A stretch of 64,000 nt of DNA from Deltaproteobacteria bacterium (GCA_040218735.1 JAVJQW010000047.1:79934-143933), one strand, 5' to 3'. Numbered from the stretch's first letter, positions 9,697 through 20,483 are shown. A program made the numbers and translations. Notes: generated from the letters alone by a model not told the origin.

Positions 9697-9756
9697 CGGC
9701 ACGGCTGTAACACGACCGCTTTTCGCGGGCGACATGCGCTAGACTCGACGCGTCGA

Positions 9757-12183
9757 ATGCGCGTTCCCTCCTGCGTCGCGTTACTCGCGCTGACGGCGTG
9801 TACGTCGGTCGACCCGCTGCCGTTCGAGGTGGACGGCGTGCCGGGCGACCTCGTCGTGGTCGTGACCGTCGCGGACGACGTCGTCACCTCGCGTCGCGTG
9901 ACACGCTGGGAGGACGCCCCGATCCTCACGGTCGCGGACGACGAGGCGCTGCACTTGTCGCTCATCCGCGCGGGGGGCCTCGTCGACGCGGCGGGTGTCC
10001 CGCTCGCCGACGAACGACTCGACGCCGTCGCCGTCCGCCCCGCCGAGCGCGGCGCGTGTCGCGGCGCCACCACGACGGCGCCGCAGATCGTGTACCCCGG
10101 CGACGTCTGCCCGCTGCCGCCGTTCGCGGAGCACTTCGCCGATCCCCCCGACGCTCCGCGCCCCGCGCTCTCGCTGGTGTGGCCGGGGTCGACGACCTGC
10201 GACCTCGACACCAACGATCCACCGACGTCCGTGACCTGGTCGCTCCAAGCCCCCGACCCGAGCTTCTGGCCGCACGCGGTCTACGCCGTCGTGCCCGGTA
10301 CGAACACGATCGGCGCGTTCGGGGAGCACCACGCGATCGCCGTCCCGAGCGGCGCCACCGCGACGCCGCCGTTCGTGAACAGCGTCATCTCCGCGGTCGG
10401 GGTCGCGGACGGCTTCGTCGTCGCGTCGCACAACCCCGCGCGTGTGTTGCGCACCGACGTCACCCACTTCGATCCCAACCTCGGCGTCCTGCGCGGACCG
10501 CGCGACGTCGGCTTCCGCCCCGAGCGCATGCGCCGTCACGGCGACGCGCTGATCGTGGCCGGCGAGGGCCCGCAGCTGCGCCAACCGAAGGCACGCATCT
10601 GCGACACGTCGCTCGACACGTGCAGCAACCTGAACCCGGACGAGCTCGGGTTCCTCGGACGCGCGATGCTCGACGCGACCCCCCTCGCCGACGGCGCGCT
10701 CCTCGCGATCGGCGACCACGGGCTCCTCGTCGTCGAACGCATCCCCGGCGCCGACGAGGTCCTCGACGTCACCACCGATCTCCTCGAGGGCAGCCAGGCG
10801 CGCGGCACGTTGTCCACGACGACCGGCACCGTCGCGTGGAACGCGTTCGCCAAGGTCTTCGCAGGGCGCGACGAGGCGTTCGTGCGCGACTACCGGATGC
10901 TGCGCGTCGCGCAGCTCGCGGACGGACGCGTGTTGTTCTGCGCGAGCGCCGCCGACACGCTCGTCCTGACGGGAGACATCGGCCGACGCCACGCCCTCGC
11001 CCGCCCCGACCCACTGACGATCGTGGCGCAGGTCCCCGGTCGTTGCAGCGGCGTCTCCGTGGACGGCGAAGCGCTGCGTGTCACCACCGACGTCGGCGCG
11101 AACGTCGTCGTCGGCGTCGACGTCGAAACGACACCTCGAGTGGTGCTCCCGAACGTCGGCGTCCCGGCGTACCTCGACACCCTCGAAGACGTCACGATCG
11201 CGGCGCGCGCGGACGGCGCGGTGTTCGAGCGCAGCGGCGAAACCTTCGCGCCACGGTACGTCCCCGCGATGGCTCTGCCCGGAGCGCCGGTCGAGATCTT
11301 CGAGGCGTTCGCGCTCTTCGCCGACGGCGCGATCCAGAACTTCGACGGAGTCGATCGCACGCTCGTCACCACCGCCACGGTCGTCGCCGCCGCCGAGAGC
11401 GCCGACGGCTTCGTCATCGTGCTCGCGGACGACGACGGCCTCGCGCTGCGCCGCACGGACGGCACCGACTGGACCTCCGCGCCCGAACCCTTGGCGGTCG
11501 ACGACGTACGCGATCTCGCCGTCGTCGCCTCCGGCGCGGTGGTCCTCGCCGACGCCCGCGGACGGCTCCACCTGCACGACGGGACGACCCGCACGATCGC
11601 CATCGACTGGGACGACCCGCTCACCGAGGTAGTCGAAACCGCACCCGGCCAACCGTTCGGGTGCGGCTTCAGCACGCACCCCGACGACGTGCTGCGCGCG
11701 GTCGCCGCGTGGGGCGGGACGGCCTGGGCTGCGGGCTGCGACGGCGCGCTCCTCCGCGTCGCCGCGTACGCGGAGCCGCCGACCGCGACACGCGTCGCGT
11801 TCGTCTCGGATGCGCTCGGCACACGTTCGTTCTCTGCTGCGCTCGCCACCTGCCCTGACGAGCTCCTGCTCGGCACCGGGACCGACGGAAGCGACGACCC
11901 GCGCGTGTGGCGCTTCGCGGACTGCGAAGGTGTCCTCTGCGGGACCGACGCCGACCGCTTCATGCGGGCGCCGTCTGCGAGCCCCGCCGGCCTCGGCGGT
12001 GTCCTCGACCTCGCGCTTCGCGACGGACGAACACTCGTCGTGCACGAACGCGGCGTACACTTCCTCGGGAGCGACGCGCTGTTCCGCATCGAAGACCGGC
12101 CGTGGCGCGGCGGCTACCTCCCCGACGGCACCGCCGTGTTCACGACGTTCAACGGACGCTCGTTCTTCGGGCGGTCGGAGTAG
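9757..12183 (+). CDS. large hypothetical lipoprotein (beta-rich, possibly propeller)
   Basis: Lipobox LTAC; about 808 aa with host-like codon usage. Confidence 0.6.
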   Translation: MRVPSCVALLALTACTSVDPLPFEVDGVPGDLVVVVTVADDVVTSRRVTRWEDAPILTVADDEALHLSLIRAGGLVDAAGVPLADERLDAVAVRPAERGACRGATTTAPQIVYPGDVCPLPPFAEHFADPPDAPRPALSLVWPGSTTCDLDTNDPPTSVTWSLQAPDPSFWPHAVYAVVPGTNTIGAFGEHHAIAVPSGATATPPFVNSVISAVGVADGFVVASHNPARVLRTDVTHFDPNLGVLRGPRDVGFRPERMRRHGDALIVAGEGPQLRQPKARICDTSLDTCSNLNPDELGFLGRAMLDATPLADGALLAIGDHGLLVVERIPGADEVLDVTTDLLEGSQARGTLSTTTGTVAWNAFAKVFAGRDEAFVRDYRMLRVAQLADGRVLFCASAADTLVLTGDIGRRHALARPDPLTIVAQVPGRCSGVSVDGEALRVTTDVGANVVVGVDVETTPRVVLPNVGVPAYLDTLEDVTIAARADGAVFERSGETFAPRYVPAMALPGAPVEIFEAFALFADGAIQNFDGVDRTLVTTATVVAAAESADGFVIVLADDDGLALRRTDGTDWTSAPEPLAVDDVRDLAVVASGAVVLADARGRLHLHDGTTRTIAIDWDDPLTEVVETAPGQPFGCGFSTHPDDVLRAVAAWGGTAWAAGCDGALLRVAAYAEPPTATRVAFVSDALGTRSFSAALATCPDELLLGTGTDGSDDPRVWRFADCEGVLCGTDADRFMRAPSASPAGLGGVLDLALRDGRTLVVHERGVHFLGSDALFRIEDRPWRGGYLPDGTAVFTTFNGRSFFGRSE

Positions 12184-12205
12184 GGTCGGAGTAGGATCGG
12201 TCCGA

Positions 12206-13861
12206 ATGCGCCACGAGGACGAAACCGAGCGCACCCTCGATCGCTCGCAGTTCGAAGCCCAGCAGGATCGCGGACGCCGACTGCGCCTCGTCGTCATCGG
12301 CGACGACCTCGTCACCACGCACCCGATCCCCACGCGCGGCACACTGCTCATCGGTCGCGACGCCGCGTGCGACGTCTTCGTCGACCACGCGTTGATCTCA
12401 AGAGAGCACGCGCGCGTCACCGCGTCCGAGGGGAGCGTCACCGTCGAGGACCTCGGCAGCCGCAACGGCACGCGCGTCGACGGACGTGCGTTGGAGCCGG
12501 GCCGCCCCGTCGAGATCTCCTCCGGGCAGTTGTTCGAAGTCGGCGAGACGTCCTGTCTGGTGCAGGCCTCCCACGCCGCCCCCCGGGCGCGTCGCCTCGC
12601 GACACACGGCTACTTCGAAGCACGCGTCGAAGCGTTGTGCGCGAGCGCCGCGGGCGGCTTCTCGGTGCTGCGCGTGCACCTCGGTGACGACGTCGACGCG
12701 GGCACCGCGCTCGCCGCGTTGAGCGAAGCCGACCTCGTCGGCAACTACGCCACCGGTGAGCTCGAAGCGCTCCTGCGGAGCCCCGACGCACGCGAGCGAG
12801 CGGAGACCCGGCTCACCGCATTGGAGGGGACGCGGTGCGGCGCTGCGGTCTTTCCGAGCGACGGCCGCACGGTGGACGAGCTCCTCGAGACGGCGTGTCG
12901 CCGAGTGCTCGGTCCGAGTCGAACGGCGCCGGCGGGGCGGATCGTCGCCGACCCGCGGATGAAGGATCTGTACCGCGTCGTGGAGCGCGTCGCGCGCGGG
13001 ACGATCAGCGTCCTTCTGCTCGGCGAGACGGGCGTCGGCAAGGAGGTCGTCGCGGAAGCGATTCACCGCGCCTCGCCGCGACGCCACCGCCCGTTCCTCC
13101 GCCTCAACTGCGCGGCGCTCTCCGACACACTCCTCGAGAGCGAGCTGTTCGGGCACGAGAAGGGAGCGTTCACCGGAGCGAGCGAGCAGCGCGCCGGCCT
13201 GCTGGAGTCGGCGCAGGGCGGGACGGTGATGCTCGACGAGCTCGGCGAGATGCCGTTGCCGACGCAAGCCAAGTTGCTCCGCGTCCTCGAGCAGCGGCAG
13301 GTGATGCGCGTGGGCGGGCGCGAGCCGATCGCGATCGACGTGCGCTTCGTCTCCGCGACGAACCGCGACCTGGAGGCCGAAGTGCTGAGGGGGACGTTCC
13401 GGCAGGACGTCTACTTCCGCCTCAACGGCGCGGCGCTGACCGTGCCGCCGCTACGCGAGCGTCCGTTGGAGATCGACGCGCTCGCGGAGCAGTTCCTCGG
13501 GCAGGCGTCGGCGGACCTCGATCTGGATCCGCCGCTCGAGCTCTCCGACGCCGCGCGCGAGCTGTTGAAGGCCTACGCGTGGCCGGGCAACGTGCGCGAG
13601 CTGAAGAACGCGATCGAACGTGCGGCGCTGCTGACGACGGGCGACGCCGTGGAGCCGGAGCACCTCCCGATGGAGAAGATGTCGCTACCGCAGATCGGCG
13701 ACGCGTCCTCCGCCGAACAGGCCGAGCGTCAGCGCATCCTCGACGCGCTCGAGAAGACCGCGGGCAACCAGACCCGGGCCGCCGCGTTGCTCGGGATCGG
13801 GCGTCGCACGTTGACGACCAAGCTGACGAAGTACGGCATTCGCCGCCCGCGTAAGCGTTAG
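12206..13861 (+). CDS. FHA-domain sigma54-dependent transcriptional activator
   Basis: FHA (IGR..SR.HA..DLGS.NGT); GETGVGKE; GAFTGA; WPGNVREL; C-terminal HTH. Confidence 0.93.
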   Translation: MRHEDETERTLDRSQFEAQQDRGRRLRLVVIGDDLVTTHPIPTRGTLLIGRDAACDVFVDHALISREHARVTASEGSVTVEDLGSRNGTRVDGRALEPGRPVEISSGQLFEVGETSCLVQASHAAPRARRLATHGYFEARVEALCASAAGGFSVLRVHLGDDVDAGTALAALSEADLVGNYATGELEALLRSPDARERAETRLTALEGTRCGAAVFPSDGRTVDELLETACRRVLGPSRTAPAGRIVADPRMKDLYRVVERVARGTISVLLLGETGVGKEVVAEAIHRASPRRHRPFLRLNCAALSDTLLESELFGHEKGAFTGASEQRAGLLESAQGGTVMLDELGEMPLPTQAKLLRVLEQRQVMRVGGREPIAIDVRFVSATNRDLEAEVLRGTFRQDVYFRLNGAALTVPPLRERPLEIDALAEQFLGQASADLDLDPPLELSDAARELLKAYAWPGNVRELKNAIERAALLTTGDAVEPEHLPMEKMSLPQIGDASSAEQAERQRILDALEKTAGNQTRAAALLGIGRRTLTTKLTKYGIRRPRKR

Positions 13862-15357
13862 CGCGCTTGCTCGTAGCGTTCGATGCAGTCGGCGAGCTCC
13901 GAGGCGTCGGCGCGGAAGCCCGCGAGGGAAGCGCAGCGCGCGACGGAGGTGCGGTCTTCGTCGGACGGGAGGCGCTGCGCCGCGCGCTCGAGCGCCTTGG
14001 CCGCAGCGACCACCGACGCAGGATCCGACGGGTCGAAGTTGAACGCCGGAGCGGGAGGGGGCGGCGGGGGCGAGCCGACGTCGGCGCGGCGCGGTCGGAG
14101 CGGTCGGCGCGGGCTGAGCGGTCGGAGCGAGCGAGCGGGCCGGGCGTCCGCGGAGGGCGCCTCAACGGCGCGGTCGTCGGCGGGTCGGGCCACCGCCCCC
14201 GGCTCCGGAGCGACCCGCTCGACCGGGTCCGCGATCGGACCCGGCGCGCGCGACGCGACGACGGCGGCGACGCCCACGACGACCGCGAGCAGGAAGCCGA
14301 TCAGCGCGGCGGAGCGCGGGCGCGGCGGAGCGACGGGTCGCGTGGGCACGGGCGTCGCGGACGTGAGGTCGCGCGGGAGGACCGCGGTGAGCGCGGGGGT
14401 TTCGATCGAACGCGTCAGCGAGTCGACCGCCACCCCCGTCTCGGCGCGGACGGGCGCGGGAGCGCGGAGGGCCTCGACGAGCGCGATGCGGAACGCTTCA
14501 CACGAATCGAAGCGCTCCTTCGCCGAGAACGCGAGGGCACGGTGCACGGCGTCGTCGAACGCGCGGGAGAGCTCGGGGCGAAACGGTGCTGCGCGCGGCC
14601 TCGGTTCGAAGACGATGCGGCGCACGACGTCGGCGTGTGCGTTGGCGCCTTCGCTCGAGATCGCGCCGGACTGGATCGAAGCCGGTCGTCCGTCCACGCC
14701 GTGCGCGAACGGCCTTCGCAGCGTCGCGAGCTCGTACGCGATGACCGCGAGGGCGAACTGGTCGGCGCGTTCGTCGGCCGGGTCGCCGCGGATCTGCTCG
14801 GGCGACATGTACATCAGCGTGCCCATCATGCGTCCGACGGTGGTCTGGTCCGACGCGTCGACCTGGACCTTGGCGATCCCGAGGTCGAGGAGGCACACCC
14901 GGTCCACGGCGCCGTCGACCTCGGTGACCATGACGTTCGTGGGTTTGAGATCCCGGTGCACGGCGCCCTCGGCGTGCACGGCCGCAAGGGCTGCGGTGAG
15001 ACGATCGATCACGTGAACGATCTCGTCCTGCGTAAAACGGGACCCCGACGAAGCGCGGGCCCACATGAGCTCCCGGAGCGTCACGCCGGGAGCGAGCTCC
15101 ATGGCGAGGTAGAGGGGCGCCCGTTCGGTGCTCGCGGCGACGACGCGCACCACGTTTTCGTTGTCGATCGCCCGGAGGACTTCGACTTCGCGCGCGAAGC
15201 GTTCGACGGCTTTCTGCCGCGCCGCGACCTCGGGTTTGAGGAGCTTGAGCGCGACGTCGTCGCCCCCTTCGAGATCCTCGGCGAGCCACACCTCGCCGAA
15301 CGCCCCCGCGCCGAGGGCCTTGCGCAATCGAAAGCGCCCGTCGACCGTCCGTTCCAA
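13858..15357 (-). CDS. membrane-anchored Ser/Thr protein kinase
   Basis: GAGAFG, VALK, HRDLKPTN, DLG, GT..YMSPE; TM helix. Confidence 0.92.
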   Translation of the reverse strand: MERTVDGRFRLRKALGAGAFGEVWLAEDLEGGDDVALKLLKPEVAARQKAVERFAREVEVLRAIDNENVVRVVAASTERAPLYLAMELAPGVTLRELMWARASSGSRFTQDEIVHVIDRLTAALAAVHAEGAVHRDLKPTNVMVTEVDGAVDRVCLLDLGIAKVQVDASDQTTVGRMMGTLMYMSPEQIRGDPADERADQFALAVIAYELATLRRPFAHGVDGRPASIQSGAISSEGANAHADVVRRIVFEPRPRAAPFRPELSRAFDDAVHRALAFSAKERFDSCEAFRIALVEALRAPAPVRAETGVAVDSLTRSIETPALTAVLPRDLTSATPVPTRPVAPPRPRSAALIGFLLAVVVGVAAVVASRAPGPIADPVERVAPEPGAVARPADDRAVEAPSADARPARSLRPLSPRRPLRPRRADVGSPPPPPPAPAFNFDPSDPASVVAAAKALERAAQRLPSDEDRTSVARCASLAGFRADASELADCIERYEQAR

Positions 15358-15390
15358 GCGGGAGGATCATAGCTGCTAACATCGGCCCTC

Positions 15391-16431
15391 GTGTCGCCCC
15401 TGTGGCTGATCGCCCTCGTGCCGCCCCTCGTCGCGGATCCGGCGCCGCCGCTCATCGTGGCGTCGGCGAGCCCGCGCGGCGTGACCCCGGCGCTCTCGAG
15501 CGCGGCGCTGCTGTCGGCGGTGGAGCGCGCGACGCCCTCACCGCTGGTGGTGCGAACGCCCGAACAGGTCGGTCTGGACGTCAACGCGCTGCTGGAGTGC
15601 CCGCTGGATCGCCGCCTCCTGTGCTGGACGGAGCGCACCGCGGCCGCGGCGGCGGACGCCGTATTACTCGTCGTATCGATGGTGGAGGGCGCCGAGGGGA
15701 CGACGTACACCGGCGTCCTCGTGGACGTTCGCATCGAGGCCACCTCGTCCGACCGCAGCGAAAACGCAATCTACGCAAGGGCCCCTCGCTTCGACCGAAG
15801 CGGCGTACGAAGTGACGGGCTCGCGGCCGCGCTCCAAGCCGACGTCGCGCGAGCGCTCGCGACGCTGGTCGCGCAGCGCGACGACCTCGTGCCCTGGGGT
15901 GAGGTCGAGCTCGCCGCCCGCGCGGGTCGCACCGTGCGCGTGGACGGCCGAGCCGTCGGCGTCACGCGGGACACCACCGCGATCCGCCTTCGTCCCGGCT
16001 CGCGACGCATCGCGCTCGACGAAGGTGAGATCGAGCGGGTCGTCGAGGTCCCCTCCGCGGGCCGCGTCCACCTCGACCTGACCCAGACGGCGAGCCACCC
16101 GCTCCACCCCGTGAGCGCCTGGGCCGGCGTCGGCGTCGGGGCGCTGGGCGCCGCCGTCCTGGTCACCGCGGCCGCGACCAACTCCGGACGTCAGTACTCC
16201 TGGGGGGCCCCGCCCGCCGCGAACGGCTGGACGGACTCCTGTGATCTCTTCGGCGGCTGCAACGATGGCGTCCCCCTCGCCCCGCTCGGCGCGGCGCTGC
16301 TCGGCGCGGGCGCGACGGCGGCGCTGACCTACGGCTTCGTCGCCGACGGTGAGGACTACGAATGGTGGTGGTCCGCGCTCGCCGCGGGCCTCGGCGTCGT
16401 CACCTACGGCGTCATGGCGGTCGCGAACTGA
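15391..16431 (+). CDS. hypothetical exported protein, PEGA-like segment and C-terminal TMs
   Basis: Signal-like start; V.VDGR.VG.T...L.PG motif; hydrophobic C-terminus. Confidence 0.5.
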   Translation: MSPLWLIALVPPLVADPAPPLIVASASPRGVTPALSSAALLSAVERATPSPLVVRTPEQVGLDVNALLECPLDRRLLCWTERTAAAAADAVLLVVSMVEGAEGTTYTGVLVDVRIEATSSDRSENAIYARAPRFDRSGVRSDGLAAALQADVARALATLVAQRDDLVPWGEVELAARAGRTVRVDGRAVGVTRDTTAIRLRPGSRRIALDEGEIERVVEVPSAGRVHLDLTQTASHPLHPVSAWAGVGVGALGAAVLVTAAATNSGRQYSWGAPPAANGWTDSCDLFGGCNDGVPLAPLGAALLGAGATAALTYGFVADGEDYEWWWSALAAGLGVVTYGVMAVAN

Positions 16432-16437
16432 CCCGCT

Positions 16438-17994
16438 TCAGTAGGAGAAGCGGTACGCGACGTAGACCTGGTCGGTGTTGGTGTACGCGCCGCCGATGCT
16501 CGTGGCGGTCCCCTCCAGCGCGAAGCCGCCAAGGGTCAGCTGATGGTGGTCGTCGACACGCCAGGTCACGGCGGGCGCGATCCCGAAGTCACCGCGGGTG
16601 AAGGTGGCGAGCAAGCCGAGCTCGAACCTCAACTCGCCGTCGAACGCGGAGAAGAACATCGCGGCGACGGCGCCCGGCAGCACGACGTCGCGGTCGCCGT
16701 CCGGGAGCGTCGACGGCGGCGGGTCGCGCGGCTCGAAGAAGTTGAGGCGTTTGTTGTTCAGGACGTCGCGCACGACGATCGCAAACGCCTCGACGATGAT
16801 CTGCAGACGATCCGTCCAGTAGTACTCGAGACCCACCACCGCGTTGAGCCACGGGAGGCGGAACGGATCGAAGTTCTGATCGTAGACGGTGCGCGCGAGG
16901 GTGTACGCGACGTCCGCCTTGATGACGAACGGATCCACGGCCCAGCTCGCGTCCACGCCGAACACGGTGCGCCGCAGGACCTCGCCGCGGAACAACGTCT
17001 GACCCATCTCGCTCTTGTCCTGCAACCGCGCGACGGCGGAGAGCACCTCCGGGTCGGCGAACGGGGGCGCCGCGTCCATCGCGTTGGCCTCGGCGAACTT
17101 CGATGCGACGAACGCGAGATCGTCGTCGAGCACCAGCCGCGGTACCGAGTCCCAGCCGTGCACCGCGGTGAAGGAGACGTCGAGGTCGTCCAGCGCGAGC
17201 GTCGCGCGTCCGCCGAGCGTCGCGTTGTCCAACCGCTGACTCGGGCGGTCCGTCAGCAGCACCTGATCGCCGCCCGCGTCGACGTACGCGGGTGAGAACG
17301 CCGAGTCGACGGTCTCCTGCGGGAGCCCGATCAGCGGGCGCCCGGACAGCACCGAGAAGTCCCACGACGTGAGATGAAAACGCGACGCGGTGAAGAACGG
17401 CGCGATGACGCCACGGAACGTGACCGGGCCGGTCGTCACCACCGCCTCCGCGCCGACGACGGGGATCTTCGTCCCTCCGGCCAGTGTCAACGCACCTTGC
17501 CGGTAGTCGACCGGGTTGAGGTTGTCGTTCGGCGAAACGAGGTCGCTGGAACCCCAGGCCCAGGTCATCGCACCGACCCGCAGCGAGAGCGCCCCTTCGG
17601 CGTACCGGACCCAAGCCTCCGGCGTGAGGAAGTAGAGGATGGCGCGGTCGTCGCCTTCGCGATCGAGCGCAGCGACGTACGAGAACCTCGGCGCCGCGTA
17701 GGCGGAGAGCGACGAGGTGAAGTCCGCGTCGATCTCCAACGCACCGCCGAGGAGCAGCTCCGCGACCTGCTCGTTCGCGCGGTCGAAGCTCGTGTCGATC
17801 GACAACCGCGAGTCGAAGCGGGTGCTCACTCGCGCGCGCACATCGAACAGGGCGAGTGGTTCGTGCTCCTCCGACGCGTCGATGACGATCGCGTCGTCGC
17901 TCCCGTCGTCGATGATGATGATCTCGTCTTCCGCCGCGCTCGACGTCGCGACGGTCGCGGTCAGCACGAGGAGGCTGAGGAGGGTGGCGTCCAA
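16438..17994 (-). CDS. outer-membrane beta-barrel protein (DUF1302-like)
   Basis: Signal peptide; WG..D..SP.D.LNP.D motif; C-terminal Y-R-F-S-Y. Confidence 0.65.
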   Translation of the reverse strand: MDATLLSLLVLTATVATSSAAEDEIIIIDDGSDDAIVIDASEEHEPLALFDVRARVSTRFDSRLSIDTSFDRANEQVAELLLGGALEIDADFTSSLSAYAAPRFSYVAALDREGDDRAILYFLTPEAWVRYAEGALSLRVGAMTWAWGSSDLVSPNDNLNPVDYRQGALTLAGGTKIPVVGAEAVVTTGPVTFRGVIAPFFTASRFHLTSWDFSVLSGRPLIGLPQETVDSAFSPAYVDAGGDQVLLTDRPSQRLDNATLGGRATLALDDLDVSFTAVHGWDSVPRLVLDDDLAFVASKFAEANAMDAAPPFADPEVLSAVARLQDKSEMGQTLFRGEVLRRTVFGVDASWAVDPFVIKADVAYTLARTVYDQNFDPFRLPWLNAVVGLEYYWTDRLQIIVEAFAIVVRDVLNNKRLNFFEPRDPPPSTLPDGDRDVVLPGAVAAMFFSAFDGELRFELGLLATFTRGDFGIAPAVTWRVDDHHQLTLGGFALEGTATSIGGAYTNTDQVYVAYRFSY

Positions 17995-17995
17995 C

Positions 17996-18760
17996 TCAGC
18001 GCTCGAGCGCCTGTCGCGTCAGGTCGGCGGGATCGATCGCCTGGTCGAAGTCGACCTTCACGAGGACCAGCTGCGTCGCGGTGGATCTCGACAGCGTCGC
18101 CATCTTCGAGTCCGTGGCGACCCAGCGGCCGTCCTTCTTCTCGAGGCGCCGGACCGTGAAGCGCTTCTTCACGGTGGCGCCCTTCTTCCCGTAGAAGTCG
18201 ATCCGCATCGGGATGAGGTGTTTCTTGTGCACCCACACCACGCTCTTTCCGTAGTCCTCGTTCTGCGGGTGTTTGGGCGTCGCCTCCAGCACGTAGCAGT
18301 CCTGGCCGCCGATCTTCTCGTCCGCGAGGCGTTTGTAGGTCGCCGAGTCCGGGTCGCGGCCGTCGAGGTCCGCGTAGGAGAAGTCGGTGCCCATGAAGCT
18401 CCGCGTCCGTTGCGATCCGACGACGCGCTTCACCTTCTTGAAGGCCGGCAGGTAGATGTACTGGTCGGCGTCGCCGCCCTTCTCCTCCACCGAGAGGAAG
18501 CGCGTCCCCGCGACGTCCGACGGCGAAGTGAACTCCACGAAGCTCCGCACCTCGCCGTCGACGCGCAGCACCTTCGTGATGATGCGTCGCTCGCGAACGA
18601 CCTTCCCGTTCTTCGACATCGTCAGGTTGACGTCGGCCTGCGCGTTCGCCGTCGAGAACATGTTGTTGTTCAGCGCCTGCTTCGCGATCTGTTCGGCCGT
18701 GAGCTCCGCCGAAGCGGCGGGCGCCATCGCCATCACGGCGACGAGAACGAGCTGGTTCAT
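17996..18760 (-). CDS. LolA-like outer-membrane lipoprotein-sorting protein
   Basis: F.SP.DV.GT.FL, Q.IYLPA...V.R and SFMGTDFSY.D motifs. Confidence 0.82.
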   Translation of the reverse strand: MNQLVLVAVMAMAPAASAELTAEQIAKQALNNNMFSTANAQADVNLTMSKNGKVVRERRIITKVLRVDGEVRSFVEFTSPSDVAGTRFLSVEEKGGDADQYIYLPAFKKVKRVVGSQRTRSFMGTDFSYADLDGRDPDSATYKRLADEKIGGQDCYVLEATPKHPQNEDYGKSVVWVHKKHLIPMRIDFYGKKGATVKKRFTVRRLEKKDGRWVATDSKMATLSRSTATQLVLVKVDFDQAIDPADLTRQALER

Positions 18761-18761
18761 C

Positions 18762-20483
18762 TCACTCTTCCTCCTCCAAGGTCGCGCCGAGGTCCAGGAT
18801 GTCGGTGTCCCCGATGTACGGGATGCGTTTGTAGCGGGTCAGCTGACCGAGTCGACGCACGCTCTCCGCCATCCGATCGGCCTCCGCAAGCAGCGTCTCC
18901 AGGTACGGGCTCGCCACGTTGTCCGCCTCGACCTTGCGCATCATCAACTCGACGGTCCCCATGATCGACGTCAGCGGTTGGTTGAGCTCGTGCGCCGCGG
19001 CGCCGGCGAGCTCCATCACCGCGGACTGGCGCTCCGACAGCGCGATCTTCTCCTGCGCCTTCTCGAGCTGGGCTTCGAGGTCGAGGCGCTCCCGCAGGTC
19101 CGCGAAGATCCCCACCGTCGCGACCTCGCGACCCTGGTCGTAGACGATCGCCGCCGCGAGGTTGACCGGGACGACCTCGCCACACTTGGTCATCAGGTTC
19201 TGCCGCCGCTCCTGGAGCTTTCCGTGACCGCCGAAGTCCGCGGAGCGCAGCTCTTCGAGGATCCGCCGCGCCTGCTTCTGCGGATACATCCGAGCGACGT
19301 CGGCACCGATCATCTCCTCCGCCGTCCACCCGGTGATCTGCTCCGCGATGGGGTTGAAGATGATGATGCGGCCGTTCATGTCGGCGGCCACGATCGCGTC
19401 CGCGCTCGAAGCGATCAGGTTGGTGAGGAAGTCCTTCGTGCGACGGAGCTCGTCCTCCATCGCACGGGTCGTGGTGACGTCGCGGAACGAAACGATCGCG
19501 GTGGCCGTGCGCCGGTTCACGCCCGAGGACGAGGGGCGACGCGAACGATCGACGATGTCCGGGAGGTCGTCGTCGCCGGCGGCGTCGGCGAGCGGAGCGC
19601 TCGTCATGGACAGCACAGCGTTTTCGCCGTCGGCCTTGAGCACGACGAGGTCCTGGTCGCGCACGTGCCGGCCCTCGAAGATCGCCTGCATGATGCCGTC
19701 GAGATCTTCGCGCGACTGCTCCTGCACGATGTCGCCGAGGCGAATCCGAGACATGTCGTCGGCGCCGAACCCCAGAATCGCGCGCGCCGCGCGGTTCGCG
19801 AACAGCATGCGCCCCGACCCGTCGACGATCATCAGACCGTCCCCCGCGAAGTCGAAGAAACGTTGGTACTTCTCGATCTGCTCGAGCCGGCGCTCGGCTC
19901 GGAGGCGCTCCGACACGTTTCGTTGGCTGCGGTTGCGCACCGTCTCGTAGAGGCGCGCGTTGCGGAGCGCGATGCTCGCGACGTTGGCGACGATGCGACC
20001 GAAGCGAATCTCGCGCGGGGCGAGCTGACGCTCCCGCGTGTTCTCGGTGCGGAGGTGCAAGACACCTTGCACGCGCCGATCGAGGACGACCGGGAAGAGC
20101 ACCGTGCTGCCGACGGGTTTGTTGGCGATCTTCTCGCGCACCGAATCGAAGATCGGCGCGCGGTGTACGTCGTCGACGATGAACGGCGCGTACATCCGTA
20201 TCGTCTCGCGGATCTCCGGGTAGTCGTCGAGGTCGATCGCGAGGTGGGTGACCGACGGATCGTCAGAGCTCGCCACGATGAACCCCGCGCGGTGATCGTC
20301 GTCGAGGACGATGATCGAACATCGGTCGGAGCCCAGGACGTCGGCCATCAGCTCCGAGATGGAGAAGAGCGTCCCCTCGATCTTCGACGTGGCGGTCAGG
20401 GCCTCGGAGAGGTCGAGGAGCTTGTCGAGGTCGCGCTCGGCGCGATCCAGGCGGTCCTCGACATGACGCTCCGAGCGGTCCAT
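18762..20483 (-). CDS. GAF-PAS-PAS sensor with HisKA dimerisation domain but no HATPase
   Basis: GAF, two PAS (N.AA..I.G / N..AE.ITG), AHELNQPL H-box; ends about 65 aa later. Confidence 0.8.
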   Translation of the reverse strand: MDRSERHVEDRLDRAERDLDKLLDLSEALTATSKIEGTLFSISELMADVLGSDRCSIIVLDDDHRAGFIVASSDDPSVTHLAIDLDDYPEIRETIRMYAPFIVDDVHRAPIFDSVREKIANKPVGSTVLFPVVLDRRVQGVLHLRTENTRERQLAPREIRFGRIVANVASIALRNARLYETVRNRSQRNVSERLRAERRLEQIEKYQRFFDFAGDGLMIVDGSGRMLFANRAARAILGFGADDMSRIRLGDIVQEQSREDLDGIMQAIFEGRHVRDQDLVVLKADGENAVLSMTSAPLADAAGDDDLPDIVDRSRRPSSSGVNRRTATAIVSFRDVTTTRAMEDELRRTKDFLTNLIASSADAIVAADMNGRIIIFNPIAEQITGWTAEEMIGADVARMYPQKQARRILEELRSADFGGHGKLQERRQNLMTKCGEVVPVNLAAAIVYDQGREVATVGIFADLRERLDLEAQLEKAQEKIALSERQSAVMELAGAAAHELNQPLTSIMGTVELMMRKVEADNVASPYLETLLAEADRMAESVRRLGQLTRYKRIPYIGDTDILDLGATLEEEE

